Sequence record: PV400810.1
Length of the DNA: 64,000 bases
Origin: Pseudomonas phage vB_PaeM_GXNNA8
Reading direction: 5' to 3' (one strand)
Part shown: positions 1-10,256 of the stretch, one piece after another
How positions within the stretch are numbered: position 1 is the stretch's first letter
Layout of the letters: each line of letters opens with the position of its first letter
Translations under genes and position numbers: made by a program
Notes under the pieces: generated by a model
What the model saw: only the letters and a program-made list of their open reading frames with translations
Told to the model about the DNA's origin: nothing
Database searches by the model: none

Positions 1-78
1 ACCCGGCCCCAGCATAAGTGTACCGTCCGGTTGAAGATAGGCATCCAGGGTAACCGATCGTGGGAGTTGAACGTTCAT
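1..78 (-). CDS. partial hypothetical protein (N-terminus only; the gene continues past the window start)
   Basis: ATG at 78-76 on the minus strand, and the frame stays open to position 1 (MNVQLPRSVTLDAYLQPDGTLMLGPG...). It lies 22 nt downstream of the promoter-like 18-mer at 101-118. Confidence 0.3.
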   Translation of the reverse strand, partial: MNVQLPRSVTLDAYLQPDGTLMLGPG

Positions 79-100
79 TAGAGGTATTCCTTGCAAATGA

Positions 101-118
101 ATAATGTAGGTTTAAAAT
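101..118 (-). promoter_or_regulatory. promoter-like 18-mer, copy 1 (ATTTTAAACCTACATTAT)
   Basis: Lies 22 nt upstream of the ATG at 78 and abuts the stop codon of the Rad50-like gene. Confidence 0.45.
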
Positions 119-2586
119 TAATTGATAACACTGTGTTGATTGACTTCACCCGGTAAACTCAACCCTTCATAACACATCGCAATTACATTCGGGTTGGTGA
201 ACATTCCGTATTGAGTAATGTAATGGCTAATCATGAAGAGTTGTTTAGCGTCCTTCTGGGTGGTTAACTCGTGAATGAAATTGAAGAAACGACCGCGTTT
301 GATTTCATCGAAGGTGGTACCCACCTCATCCAGCATCAGGGGGAAGTTGCCGTGGTAGCGAATGGCGACATACCGGAACGCGAAGTCAATGATACCTGCT
401 TCACCCAAACTGCAATCACTGACATCTGGCGTGGGTTCATCATCACCGGTAACCACCGGGAACTTCCAGTTCAAATCCCCGTTGTCCTTATGGCAGGGTT
501 TAACAAACAGGGTGGTGTTCCACACCGATTGAATCACCGCATTCATATTGGCGCAATAGGTCTTGATGAAATCCGTCATCAGCTTACCGATCAACCCCTT
601 ATTCGGACACAGACCGTTCATTAACCCATCCACAATCTTCAGACGGCGTTTTAAACGATCAATGTCTTCCGAAATAGACGCGACGACTGCACTCAACGAA
701 CGGCTTTTGATAATGGAGGCGAGGTATTCATCCTTCTCATCCGTTAGCAAATGAATCCGTTCATCAACCCGTTTACGCAGTTCCACTAACCCTTGTTGTT
801 CCAGCCCATTGAAGATCTCGTCTTTAAGACAGCGGAGGGTCTCCAGGTCTCGGGTGTAGGTGTGGATGGTCTTTAGGTTCCTTGTAAGCTGTTCAATACG
901 CCGACGGTAGAAACCAATACGACTGTTCTCCACTTCCAGGTCGTGTTCCAGACTCTTTAAGTAGGTGGCGATGTCTAATACCGAATCCTTCTGTAACAGC
1001 CCTATACGCGTGTTTAAGAGCTTTTCTTCTTCCAATAGGGCATCGATACGTTTCTTACAGTTAAAACGCCCCATGAAGGCCCTGAGGGCGTTTAAAAGGA
1101 TGTTGGTATCCGACTTACCCATGTCGTATGCTTTAATCAGCTCAGGAAGGCATTTAACGTCACCATTCATCCGACAGAACTGATGTAAGGCTAACATGCT
1201 GTGGTACCACTCACTGTCCTGTTCGACTAATTTTTCCAGGGTTTCAACATCCTGCACCAGTTTAGTCACACTCAACTTAAGGGCTTCCGCTTTAACCCGT
1301 GCTGCACGCAGTTCATTCGCGGTAATCCCGACCTTGAATTCATGGGTACATTCCGGACAAGTCACCAGTTCCATGGCATCATAATGTTTCAACTGGTGGG
1401 TGAGAGTGTCCAGCTCATTCTTAGAGGCCCTCAGTTGATTACGGGTTTGCTCCAATTTGACGGTATACTCTTTATACCGCCCTCCGGTTAACTCAGGAGT
1501 ACTGGCATTCACCACCCGACGCAATTGAGCCACCAAGGCCTCGTACACCAATTCCAAACCGGTAAAGTCATAGGCGTCATCGTTGAACAAAGGGTAATTA
1601 CCCAATAGCACCCCATGTTGTTTGTATTCTTCCCGGAGAGCAGTGAGTTCCACCTTGAGTTGTTCCGCTTGATGATGGAAGACAAAGGGATCTTCTTTGA
1701 TCTCTTCCATTCCTTCCAAAACCCCTACATGCTCACTGATGACCATTTGAATGGCAGTGGCTTGACCTTCGTGAACACTCAAGATAGCTTGAACTGTTTC
1801 GATTCCCTGTCTGAGTTCAACCTCGGTCTCAAAGAACCCACTGACTCGGTTCAACGCCATCTGCTCAGCCAGGCGCTTGAAAGTATCAATCTTACTTTGG
1901 AGCTCAGGGTCTACTTTCACCTGCTCCAAACCCCCTCGTACCAACAAGGACTCCCTCAGTTCAGTCTCAATCGTCTTAACTCGACGTTCCAGCTCTTCCG
2001 GACCACATTCGGTGATCTGCTTGAGTTTAGCACTCTCTTCCGTATACCGCGTGACTTGGTTCTTAATTGCAGCCGCCAGTTCACGACGTTCTGTCTTAAG
2101 CTTGTTAAAGACCCCTAAGGCGTAACTCGTGTCATTCGGGTAGATGAACATAAAGAAGTCTTTACGTTGAGCCACTGGCATCGCTGAAAACAGACTGTTG
2201 GGTTTAAGCCCGGACAGAATACGGCTGATAGTACTGTCTAACCGGAAATGGATCCATACCAAGTCCTTCTGTTCCGTAAAGGTTCCATTCTTGTTTAACT
2301 CTTTCCCGTTAAACTTGAAACTGTGACCATTGCCTAAGTCTGTTTTAGAATCCAAAACGAAATGGTCCAATCCCCGTTTAATCTCCACGTACTTGCGTCC
2401 AACACCGCGGTAGTTGGCATTTTCAGGAGCCAGGGGATTGGCTTCTCGGAGGATACTGGTTTTCCCGACACCGTTCTGAGCGATCAACAGGTTAACCAAA
2501 TGATTCAGATCCAATTCTACCCGTTTGATTCCGCTGCTTAACAGAGGAATGTAATTCTCTAGGATCAATTTAGTTAATATAAACAT
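118..2586 (-). CDS. Rad50/SbcC-like recombination ATPase (T4 gp46-like)
   Basis: N-terminal Walker A (LIAQNGVGKTSIL), a long central coiled coil with a CPEC zinc-hook-like motif, and a C-terminal Walker B/D-loop (LMLDEVGTTFDE...LFMISHY). At 822 aa it is typical of SMC/Rad50-family proteins. Confidence 0.75.
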   Translation of the reverse strand: MFILTKLILENYIPLLSSGIKRVELDLNHLVNLLIAQNGVGKTSILREANPLAPENANYRGVGRKYVEIKRGLDHFVLDSKTDLGNGHSFKFNGKELNKNGTFTEQKDLVWIHFRLDSTISRILSGLKPNSLFSAMPVAQRKDFFMFIYPNDTSYALGVFNKLKTERRELAAAIKNQVTRYTEESAKLKQITECGPEELERRVKTIETELRESLLVRGGLEQVKVDPELQSKIDTFKRLAEQMALNRVSGFFETEVELRQGIETVQAILSVHEGQATAIQMVISEHVGVLEGMEEIKEDPFVFHHQAEQLKVELTALREEYKQHGVLLGNYPLFNDDAYDFTGLELVYEALVAQLRRVVNASTPELTGGRYKEYTVKLEQTRNQLRASKNELDTLTHQLKHYDAMELVTCPECTHEFKVGITANELRAARVKAEALKLSVTKLVQDVETLEKLVEQDSEWYHSMLALHQFCRMNGDVKCLPELIKAYDMGKSDTNILLNALRAFMGRFNCKKRIDALLEEEKLLNTRIGLLQKDSVLDIATYLKSLEHDLEVENSRIGFYRRRIEQLTRNLKTIHTYTRDLETLRCLKDEIFNGLEQQGLVELRKRVDERIHLLTDEKDEYLASIIKSRSLSAVVASISEDIDRLKRRLKIVDGLMNGLCPNKGLIGKLMTDFIKTYCANMNAVIQSVWNTTLFVKPCHKDNGDLNWKFPVVTGDDEPTPDVSDCSLGEAGIIDFAFRYVAIRYHGNFPLMLDEVGTTFDEIKRGRFFNFIHELTTQKDAKQLFMISHYITQYGMFTNPNVIAMCYEGLSLPGEVNQHSVIN

Positions 2587-2636
2587 GGTATGAATTCTTT
2601 AAGTGAAGTGAGTCTCTAGATAATGAGGACGCGAGT

Positions 2637-3644
2637 ATGAGTTTAGTGAACGTGGTTAAATGGTTGGGTGTAGGGACGGTTGCCGCCACGAAGGACACCA
2701 ATACCCACGAAGCAATGATCCACCTTCCGTTGCATTCCCCTACCGCCGACGGGAGAACCCTGGCTAAGACAGAACAGAAGGAAGAAACCAGCCAGAATAA
2801 AGAAGGGGAGATGATTACCAGTAAAACCCTGGTCTCTAACACTGTACCAGCGGTCTGGCGATCTATTGGGAATGGGAACCGACTTACCTCACCGGATGTC
2901 CGGGAAGGGGCTAAGGTGTGGGTGTTTCAAATCACAGGTCAGAACCAGTATTACTGGGACATCTTTGGGGACAATACGGATCGTTTCCGCTTAGAGACGG
3001 TTTTGTGGGGCTGGGGGGCTAACCCTGGATTGGCTCAGGACGTCGCCTTTAACCCGGATAACTTCTATACAGCCAGGGTCAGTACCCACGACGGGTTAGT
3101 GGGACTGCGGACCTCTCAGTCCAATGGGGAACGGTCGGGCTTTGATATCCAAGTCAATGCCAAAGAAGGCCGCATCGATATTCGAGGAACTGATGGGAGT
3201 ATCTTCAGTTTCGATGATTACAAACATCAGTTCACCTATACCAACAAGGAAGGGTCCACCATTGCTGTCAATAAGGAGAAGATGGCCTTTTACACCAAAG
3301 ACAGTATTAGCTTTCATGCGGAGAAGGAAATCAATGTCTTAACGAAGACCTTTAACCTTCAGTCCGACACCATTAACATGAAAGCCAATTTGGCGAACAT
3401 CGCCATTGGTCAGACGAACTGGGAAGGGAACATTACCCATACGGGCAATACCGAACAAGAAGGGAACTATACTCAAGAGGGTAATTATACCCAAAACGGG
3501 AATACCACCCGTACCGGTAACAGTGTGAGTACAGGTCTTGTTATTGGACAAACCGATGTGAGAACCGTGAGAGTGTCCCTGAACCTCCATATTCACGGAG
3601 GTGTAGACCCGGGCAATGGAACCACCTCGCCACCCGTGGCTTAA
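2637..3644 (+). CDS. central baseplate spike protein (P2 gpV / T4 gp5-like)
   Basis: An OB-fold-like segment (REGAKVWVFQITGQNQYYW) resembles the gpV N-domain. A C-terminal octapeptide repeat (GNTEQEGNYTQEGNYTQNGNTTRTGN) is typical of a triple beta-helix needle. The terminal HIHGG (HxH) matches the iron-binding apex of gpV/gp138-type spikes. The true start may be an internal Met. Confidence 0.6.
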   Translation: MSLVNVVKWLGVGTVAATKDTNTHEAMIHLPLHSPTADGRTLAKTEQKEETSQNKEGEMITSKTLVSNTVPAVWRSIGNGNRLTSPDVREGAKVWVFQITGQNQYYWDIFGDNTDRFRLETVLWGWGANPGLAQDVAFNPDNFYTARVSTHDGLVGLRTSQSNGERSGFDIQVNAKEGRIDIRGTDGSIFSFDDYKHQFTYTNKEGSTIAVNKEKMAFYTKDSISFHAEKEINVLTKTFNLQSDTINMKANLANIAIGQTNWEGNITHTGNTEQEGNYTQEGNYTQNGNTTRTGNSVSTGLVIGQTDVRTVRVSLNLHIHGGVDPGNGTTSPPVA

Positions 3645-3656
3645 TCCACTGGACCT

Positions 3657-3685
3657 CCCCTACCTCCCTTAACGGGGAGGTAGGG
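3657..3685. terminator. bidirectional hairpin between convergent genes (cccctacctccc/gggaggtagggg, 12 bp perfect stem)
   Basis: A perfect inverted repeat with a 5-nt loop lies between the 3' ends of the + gene at 2637-3644 and the - gene at 3700-6570. Confidence 0.6.
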
Positions 3686-3699
3686 GGATTCATTAAGGG

Positions 3700-6570
3700 T
3701 TAATCAATGATGTCACGTCGGGTAAAGAAGGTGTTAACCCCCAAGTTCCCGTCATCCACAAAGGTGGGAATAGCCGTACCCCGACGGGTAGAACTCACCA
3801 CATGACCACCCATCACGATGTACGAATGATCGATGGTAAGAATCCCGTTCGTTGCAATCCCAAAGAGGACTTCCGAGTTATTGACCTCTCGGCGTACGGG
3901 AGACCCCAACCCTACCAACGCATCCCCTTGGCGTACCAAATAACAGTACGTCGTTCCGGTAGGGTTGACCTTAATGGGGTATTCCTTATCCAGGATATAC
4001 GCACGACCCCTTATAACCACCCTGGATCGAGCAGGGATGCTCACCCAGCCGCTTTCATTTACGTCGTACGGATCCACCACCCCCGCTCCGCCGACCTCCA
4101 ACAGATTCGTGGAGTAGCCGGTGTTAGCAGGGTCGTACTGGTAGATTCCCTTCCGAGGGATCAAGACAGGTGGGTGAACTTCGTTCACCGTATCAAAGGG
4201 TGATGACGCCGTATACAGTTTCGCTGGATTGACCCGTCCTACGGTGTAGGTGGGTGTAAACGGGTAATCCGTGATTTTGAAACTGATATCCCCGTAGAGG
4301 TCCCCAAAGGGTCGACTGACCACAACCGCCCATTCATACCGTTGGGTTTCAATCACTTGGACATCCACGTAGGTCATCCACGGGTTATCACCGGAATGGG
4401 AATAGCGGTACGCGCCCGGTACGACCATACCTGCTGGGGTAACCGGTTTAGTAACGAAGCCCGTAGCGGAGGGGAAGTTCAGCCTAAAGACCCCACCACT
4501 CACCGTATACGGAACCACAGCAGCCTCTGCGTAACACATCCCATCGGTAATCACGACCAACGCGAAGTTATCCGCGACAGCAAAGACGTTGATCACACTT
4601 TCCCTGAGGGCGTTGTTGACTTGAGGGTTCGCGATGGCTGCACGAGCCAGAATACCCCCACTGGCGGCTTGCAGGGTAATCAAGCTGGTTGGGGAGAGTT
4701 TGACCTCAGCGCCCAACTGGACTCGTCCATTCGCCAGGGCGATTGAAGCATACCCGGTATACTGGTTATCCGGTGTGAAACACAGGGCGTTGATACTGAC
4801 TCCATCCACCAGCAGGCTAGCAAACGACGCCATAGCTCTAGGGATACGGGTCAACTCCCGATTAATAATCCCAACATCCGCTGGAACAATACCGAACTTA
4901 TTCCCAGTGGTTACACCCACAATGGAGGTGTTCGACCAGGTCAACTCACTCCACTCATACAACCCGGTTTCACTGTCAACGGAATAAGCCAGATACCGCG
5001 TGGTACCAGCGGTGTGTTCAATGGGGAATAAGCGATCAGGAACCGGCCCAAACGGGCTATGGCGTGACGGAGGATAAAACTCTGTACGAACTTCATCCAT
5101 CCCCACTTCAGCCCGTTCTCCCAACACCCATTCCCTCAAGCCTTTATGGGGGGTGGTAAATCGCTTAACCCGTAGACCGTTCTTCGTGGCGACCGCTTTA
5201 ACCACTTCCCCTGACTTCAGAACGACCCCGGGATACCAGGTCGGATTATTGAAATCCCAGGTGTTCGCGTACCGCAGCCATTTAGCATCGGCGGTGGGTA
5301 GCATATTCGGTTGAATAATGTCCTTGGCCAAATTACCCAGTTGGGTAAAGGTTGCCGTCCCTCCATTCTCCAAGGTACCCGGGGCAATGGATTCCACGAA
5401 GGAGAGGTTATACGGTCGGCGAATACCCCCTTGGACCACATTCACCGGAATAACGACAAAGAGGTAGATTTCCCGGTCTTGAATGTTCCAGAAGAGGGCT
5501 GTGGTGGGTTGCAGTCCTCCATTCATCTCCAGGGTCTGACCTGCACTCAGGGTCACAAAGTCATTAATGTCGTACGAATGACTCCCGTTAGCCGGTCCGG
5601 TATACGGTGCCTTATTGATTTGAGTAAACCGGGCGGTGTACGACGCAGTCACCTGCTCCACCAAAGTGGGATCGGTTTCCAGGAAGTTCACGTTGAAGAA
5701 ATAGTGCTTTAGGGTCAGAACCGTACCGACTCGGTCCCAGCTAATCCCCAGCCCTTTATACACCGCCGTGCTATACCCTTGATACAGCAGGAAGTTCGCA
5801 TTACTGGGGGTTAATGGGAGGGTGTTCTTGAACTCGTAGATCTTCTTCTCAGCCAGGGGTTTAAAGAAGGCTACTTTGCCCGAACTGGTAAACCCTCCTA
5901 CCGCATTCCAATTCCGTCCAGTGTAATACGCGTTGAGGTTCTGAATCTCCGAGAACTGTGTTCCCCCTGCGTTCGCCAGAGAACCAGACAGGAAGGCTGT
6001 GTACCGTTGGTAACGAGACGGATCGGTAACCGGAGACAACACCAGACGGTCATTGTTGATCATCATCCCGACATTCAGAGAGTACCCAAAATAACGAATG
6101 GGTTGAATCACTGTTGGAGCAACCACCGGGTATTCATCCGGGTTGTAGAACGACGAGAATTGGAACACGTCATTGGGTTGATAATCCGCACCGTTATAAC
6201 CGACGTTGTTGGTTACAACCGCAGCGCGAGCACCGTGAGGGGTCACATACGCCAACACAGGCGTTAGAGACTGTTGTTCCGCCAGGGTAGCCGTCCGGTA
6301 GTTGTCCTTAAGACCCAATCCAATCGTCAGTTTGGTTTCACCGTGGACCGCCCCCCGGGAATTGATGTGGGCGTCAATGGGGACAATGGCTTGGTTAATG
6401 AAATCATTCAGGTTTGCGTTGAACAACCGGATCTTTTCTTTAGTCCCCTCATTGTAGCTGTGAACACACGCTTCCAGTTTGTAGGTCATCTCATTGAGCT
6501 TGGAGATCACTCCACCGAACCTGGGTTCAGGGTTTTCGATGAAAGGGGGTTCCCCGCCAAGGATAATCAT
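3700..6570 (-). CDS. large virion protein, baseplate/tail-fibre candidate (956 aa)
   Basis: Long ORF with an ATG at 6570-6568, convergent with the spike gene and adjacent to the fibre paralogs. No catalytic motif was recognised. Confidence 0.45.
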   Translation of the reverse strand: MIILGGEPPFIENPEPRFGGVISKLNEMTYKLEACVHSYNEGTKEKIRLFNANLNDFINQAIVPIDAHINSRGAVHGETKLTIGLGLKDNYRTATLAEQQSLTPVLAYVTPHGARAAVVTNNVGYNGADYQPNDVFQFSSFYNPDEYPVVAPTVIQPIRYFGYSLNVGMMINNDRLVLSPVTDPSRYQRYTAFLSGSLANAGGTQFSEIQNLNAYYTGRNWNAVGGFTSSGKVAFFKPLAEKKIYEFKNTLPLTPSNANFLLYQGYSTAVYKGLGISWDRVGTVLTLKHYFFNVNFLETDPTLVEQVTASYTARFTQINKAPYTGPANGSHSYDINDFVTLSAGQTLEMNGGLQPTTALFWNIQDREIYLFVVIPVNVVQGGIRRPYNLSFVESIAPGTLENGGTATFTQLGNLAKDIIQPNMLPTADAKWLRYANTWDFNNPTWYPGVVLKSGEVVKAVATKNGLRVKRFTTPHKGLREWVLGERAEVGMDEVRTEFYPPSRHSPFGPVPDRLFPIEHTAGTTRYLAYSVDSETGLYEWSELTWSNTSIVGVTTGNKFGIVPADVGIINRELTRIPRAMASFASLLVDGVSINALCFTPDNQYTGYASIALANGRVQLGAEVKLSPTSLITLQAASGGILARAAIANPQVNNALRESVINVFAVADNFALVVITDGMCYAEAAVVPYTVSGGVFRLNFPSATGFVTKPVTPAGMVVPGAYRYSHSGDNPWMTYVDVQVIETQRYEWAVVVSRPFGDLYGDISFKITDYPFTPTYTVGRVNPAKLYTASSPFDTVNEVHPPVLIPRKGIYQYDPANTGYSTNLLEVGGAGVVDPYDVNESGWVSIPARSRVVIRGRAYILDKEYPIKVNPTGTTYCYLVRQGDALVGLGSPVRREVNNSEVLFGIATNGILTIDHSYIVMGGHVVSSTRRGTAIPTFVDDGNLGVNTFFTRRDIID

Positions 6571-6583
6571 AAAGCTACTCCAT

Positions 6584-6604
6584 TTAAAAGATCAGGGGGA
6601 GGTT
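6584..6604 (-). terminator. hairpin agggggag-gttta-ctccccct
   Basis: 8-bp GC stem between two minus-strand genes, with an A-run on the + side, which becomes a U-run in the minus transcript. Confidence 0.4.
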
Positions 6605-6619
6605 TACTCCCCCTTTACC

Positions 6620-9600
6620 TTAAGGTAAAAGTTCCGAGGCTTTCAAGAAGCTAAACGTACCTTCATCCTGCGGTAAACCAGAACTCACCGGAATAATCCC
6701 TCCCGTCCGTGTGTAACTTAATAGGAACTCACCGATGGTAAAGACTTTCTGCCGGGTAATACTGGCGATCTGGTTGGTGTTCGTCACGGCGGTTGCGACA
6801 TGCAGCAACTCACTGGAACGCCGCAGTTTAACATCGGAGACAATATACCGCCCTTCCGACTCTTCAACCGTCGCATAGATGTAGAACGTTTTGTTACGAG
6901 GATTCGAGGACACATTCCTCAAGTCGATAGACCCACCGGGCATTTTGTACACGGTACCGTTGATCATCATCTCGACTTCTTCTTGGAAGAAAATCGTCCA
7001 ACCCACTTCCGGGTAACAGGAACCAATCAGATACGTGTTCGCTCCGATCTTCCCTACATACCCCGCACCGCCAGTGTCCTCAAAGACGTAGCCTTGCTGT
7101 TGGGTAATTAACCCGGCTTTAGGAATGGCGTGGTTCTGCACGCACCACGCCGCGGACATTCCTTCCCCGTTGTTAAAAGGTGTAACACTGGAGAATTTCT
7201 GAGTGGTCTTATTAAGGCTGAAAGTCAGGACTGCTTTGTTGAACCCCAAGGCGTCGCCTCGGACGTTGTACAACGACGAAATACGCCCGGAGAGGGTATT
7301 CGTTGCTTCATCCACATAAAGCGACACTTGAGGACACGCCACAACATCCGCTTCTGTGTCACTCCACTCATCCCCAGCCCCACTGTTGTTCACCGTGGTG
7401 ATAAATGCGGTTTGATCAAGAATCGTAAGGTCATCAATCGGGTAGACCCCCGAGACTGGATTACCAATCACCGGTGCACAGGCCAACAGTTTACTCTTGA
7501 CCACATACCGACCCCCTTCGATGTCCCGGGTATGAACCAACACCAGCACGTAGTTCATCCGACTGAACCCTTTACCACTGACGGGATTGATCACCATCAA
7601 CTCAACCGCCCATTTCTCCCTGAGGGTATCGGGGATCAACTGGATCAGTTTATCCATGACGTTACGCTTAACACCCCAATGGCTTTCACCCTTCAGAGTA
7701 AAGGTTTGATCCCCAGCGTCCATTACCCGACTGAAGGTCCTAGGGCAGGATAACACGATCCCATTTCCTTTAGGGGCTTTAAAGGTAAACTCCCGAGGGC
7801 ATGTGGTATCGGATTCAACCCCTGAGGCCAGGTCGTCGAAATGGTTCATTCCCATTACAGAGAAACAACTGTTCCCCATTTCAATCCCTTCAGCGGTCAG
7901 GAACGCTGCACTCCCGGTTACACTGATCAGGGAAGTATTACGATCTAACCGGTTCTCGTACACCTCCGCACTGATCGGTCGAGCCGATAAGGTGGGGTAG
8001 TTGCTGTTGGTAATCCCAGGACGGACGGCGTATTCACCGCTGACCTTCCGGTAAAAAAACGACCGATTATTGTCCACAGCGCTGTCTGCCCAGAAATACT
8101 CCCCGGCAAGTTCATACCCCACTGCACTGACTCGCCCCCCGTTCTTGATAGGGTAACTGGGTGTTTCCCATTTTCCCACCCCCGAGAAGTTCGCATTGTC
8201 TGCGTGCATGTAATCCCGCAGCATCCCACTGGCGGTTACATTAGGGTTTTTGTTGAACTGCAAGCGACTAAACAACCCCGGGAAGGAGACCCTCAAGCCT
8301 AGACGTGACATCCCAACAATCACCTTATTCTCCAACAGGAGGTGACTGGAGTGATCAGAGATGTTGAAGAAGACGTCACTAATGCCTGCATAATGCACAG
8401 AGGCCGTTGAATTTTTGCTGATGATCTTGCTCAGATCAACGGTCTGTACGGGGGGTTGTTTAACCACTACGAAGGTCGCGGTTTCAGGGTTGAAATCGTA
8501 ACTGCAATCGATGTACACCCCGGTTACACGGTCCACCCCGTTGATGTTCCCAGTAAAGAACATCATCCCGAAGTAATGCATGGAACAATATTGAGGTCCT
8601 ATGTCACTGGTTTCAGAGAAGAACATCAGGGGACGTCGTTGGGATCCCTTAACCCCTTTCTTGGCCTTATAAGGCGCAAAGGTAATGGGGCCGTAGGTAC
8701 TGAATTCACCGTCTGGAGGAGCAGGGGTGAACTCAATGTAGTCAACATTGCTCTGTAAGGCCCCTGGGACGTTCGTCAGTGAGACTTTAACCCGACTGAA
8801 GGTAAGAGGCTGCCCATTCTTAATCGCGCTGAGAGGGGCCCTGTAGGCCCGTGTACGGCTATGCCCCCAACCACCCCATTGACCTTCAGTTATAGCTGTC
8901 ACAAACAAGTAGACCCAATTACCCAACGTGTGTATTTGACTCCACTCCGTTAGGCGAACCGACGTCCCCAGATCTTGGATAGCCAAATCAATGTTACACT
9001 TCACAAACACATGCGCGGAAGGATCCAGTGTGCCATTGGTCAGCGCCGCGTACACCTGGTTCGTCCCATCCCGGGTTACCATGATGATAGTCCGACCACT
9101 CCCTGTAAAGACCCGGTTAGGTACGAAGCCAATGGCCGTTAACGACGGGGGTTGGTATTTATACCCGGTGAAGGAAACGTCAGGATTCAGACTCAAATGA
9201 TTCCGAACCACGGTGTAATACAACCCTTCCGTCCGTCCGTCGTAATGAGCCCGAATAAAGACCAGGTTATCATTCAGTTCCAATACCGCTGCGCAGTCAG
9301 GAGTAACACCCCCTAACCCTTCAAACGAACCACTAATACCCGGAGGGATATAATCCGTTCCTCCAAATCGACTAATGGCAATAATCCCTGAACGCATGGA
9401 AGCCGACGTATCCGGTGTATACCCCCTGACCAGTTCCTTAACACCCAGCGTGGTACTGAAGAGGTTATCAGCCGTACCCGCCTTATCCTGTTCGGGAGTA
9501 GCTGTAGCAAAGTTATCCAGATTGCCCAGGTTAAGGTTGGTCTTCGTTTGGAGGTGAGGGGCGTTGTAATTCTTGTCGTGTTCGACAAGACGACGCATCT

Positions 9601-10201
9601 GGGCGTCACGGAAGTTCCTGAGCTTCGTAAACGCCTCATTGATCACAACTTCCGATTGATCCTCTAGCTCTGGATCTCGGCTCCGGTAAATGTTCGCCAT
9701 GGTGTCCAGGAAGAACGTCAGCTCATACCAATCCCCAATTTCGGTATCGGCTTTATGCAAATGGTATTCGGGAGGCAGAGTGGGTGGAACACCGAAGACC
9801 TTCTCCCACTCAATGGGAATCTTCCCTTCCCGCATTTTTTCCAGCCATTCATCCAGGTTATTACGCGGTACGAACCACGCCCCAATGGTTTGGTAGTCTC
9901 CGGTAACGAAAGCGTTGTTCTGACGAATACTCTCACTTAACCGAATGAAACAACAAACATTCCGACCGCTGATCTCACAGAACGGGATAAAGGCTTCCTC
10001 CAACCAGTAATCCCGGTTGAGGGTCATCTCAGCACCCCGTTCGTCATACAGCGTGAACAGGCCAGGTTCAGCAAAGAACGGGGACCCATTCGGGATCAAC
10101 CAAGGACAGGTCTTATCCTTGATCAGCATTTTCTCCCCGGTGATCTTATTCTCCGGGCGCGTTCCACGAATATCAAATTGAACGATTTTAAACGGATCCA
10201 T
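6620..10201 (-). CDS. tail fibre/spike-like protein, paralog 1 (1193 aa)
   Basis: Shares an N-terminal ~250 aa domain, an internal FIPPGISGSFEGLGG motif and a C-terminal ...ASELLP with the neighbouring 1184-aa ORF. The central and C-terminal regions are divergent. Confidence 0.5.
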   Translation of the reverse strand: MDPFKIVQFDIRGTRPENKITGEKMLIKDKTCPWLIPNGSPFFAEPGLFTLYDERGAEMTLNRDYWLEEAFIPFCEISGRNVCCFIRLSESIRQNNAFVTGDYQTIGAWFVPRNNLDEWLEKMREGKIPIEWEKVFGVPPTLPPEYHLHKADTEIGDWYELTFFLDTMANIYRSRDPELEDQSEVVINEAFTKLRNFRDAQMRRLVEHDKNYNAPHLQTKTNLNLGNLDNFATATPEQDKAGTADNLFSTTLGVKELVRGYTPDTSASMRSGIIAISRFGGTDYIPPGISGSFEGLGGVTPDCAAVLELNDNLVFIRAHYDGRTEGLYYTVVRNHLSLNPDVSFTGYKYQPPSLTAIGFVPNRVFTGSGRTIIMVTRDGTNQVYAALTNGTLDPSAHVFVKCNIDLAIQDLGTSVRLTEWSQIHTLGNWVYLFVTAITEGQWGGWGHSRTRAYRAPLSAIKNGQPLTFSRVKVSLTNVPGALQSNVDYIEFTPAPPDGEFSTYGPITFAPYKAKKGVKGSQRRPLMFFSETSDIGPQYCSMHYFGMMFFTGNINGVDRVTGVYIDCSYDFNPETATFVVVKQPPVQTVDLSKIISKNSTASVHYAGISDVFFNISDHSSHLLLENKVIVGMSRLGLRVSFPGLFSRLQFNKNPNVTASGMLRDYMHADNANFSGVGKWETPSYPIKNGGRVSAVGYELAGEYFWADSAVDNNRSFFYRKVSGEYAVRPGITNSNYPTLSARPISAEVYENRLDRNTSLISVTGSAAFLTAEGIEMGNSCFSVMGMNHFDDLASGVESDTTCPREFTFKAPKGNGIVLSCPRTFSRVMDAGDQTFTLKGESHWGVKRNVMDKLIQLIPDTLREKWAVELMVINPVSGKGFSRMNYVLVLVHTRDIEGGRYVVKSKLLACAPVIGNPVSGVYPIDDLTILDQTAFITTVNNSGAGDEWSDTEADVVACPQVSLYVDEATNTLSGRISSLYNVRGDALGFNKAVLTFSLNKTTQKFSSVTPFNNGEGMSAAWCVQNHAIPKAGLITQQQGYVFEDTGGAGYVGKIGANTYLIGSCYPEVGWTIFFQEEVEMMINGTVYKMPGGSIDLRNVSSNPRNKTFYIYATVEESEGRYIVSDVKLRRSSELLHVATAVTNTNQIASITRQKVFTIGEFLLSYTRTGGIIPVSSGLPQDEGTFSFLKASELLP

Positions 10202-10219
10202 GGACTAAACCTTGAAAAG

Positions 10220-10252
10220 AAGGAGGGAGGGGGGTTAACCCTCTCCCTCCTT
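10220..10252 (-). terminator. imperfect GC hairpin (aaggagggag...ctccctcctt)
   Basis: Inverted repeat between the two fibre paralog genes. Confidence 0.4.
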
Positions 10253-10256
10253 GGGT

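Noticed and set aside
2608-2630. tctctagataat upstream of the spike gene as a possible plus-strand copy of the 18-mer
   Set aside because: It matches only the 3' half (CTAGATAAT) and lacks the ATTTTAAACC part. It is too weak to call.
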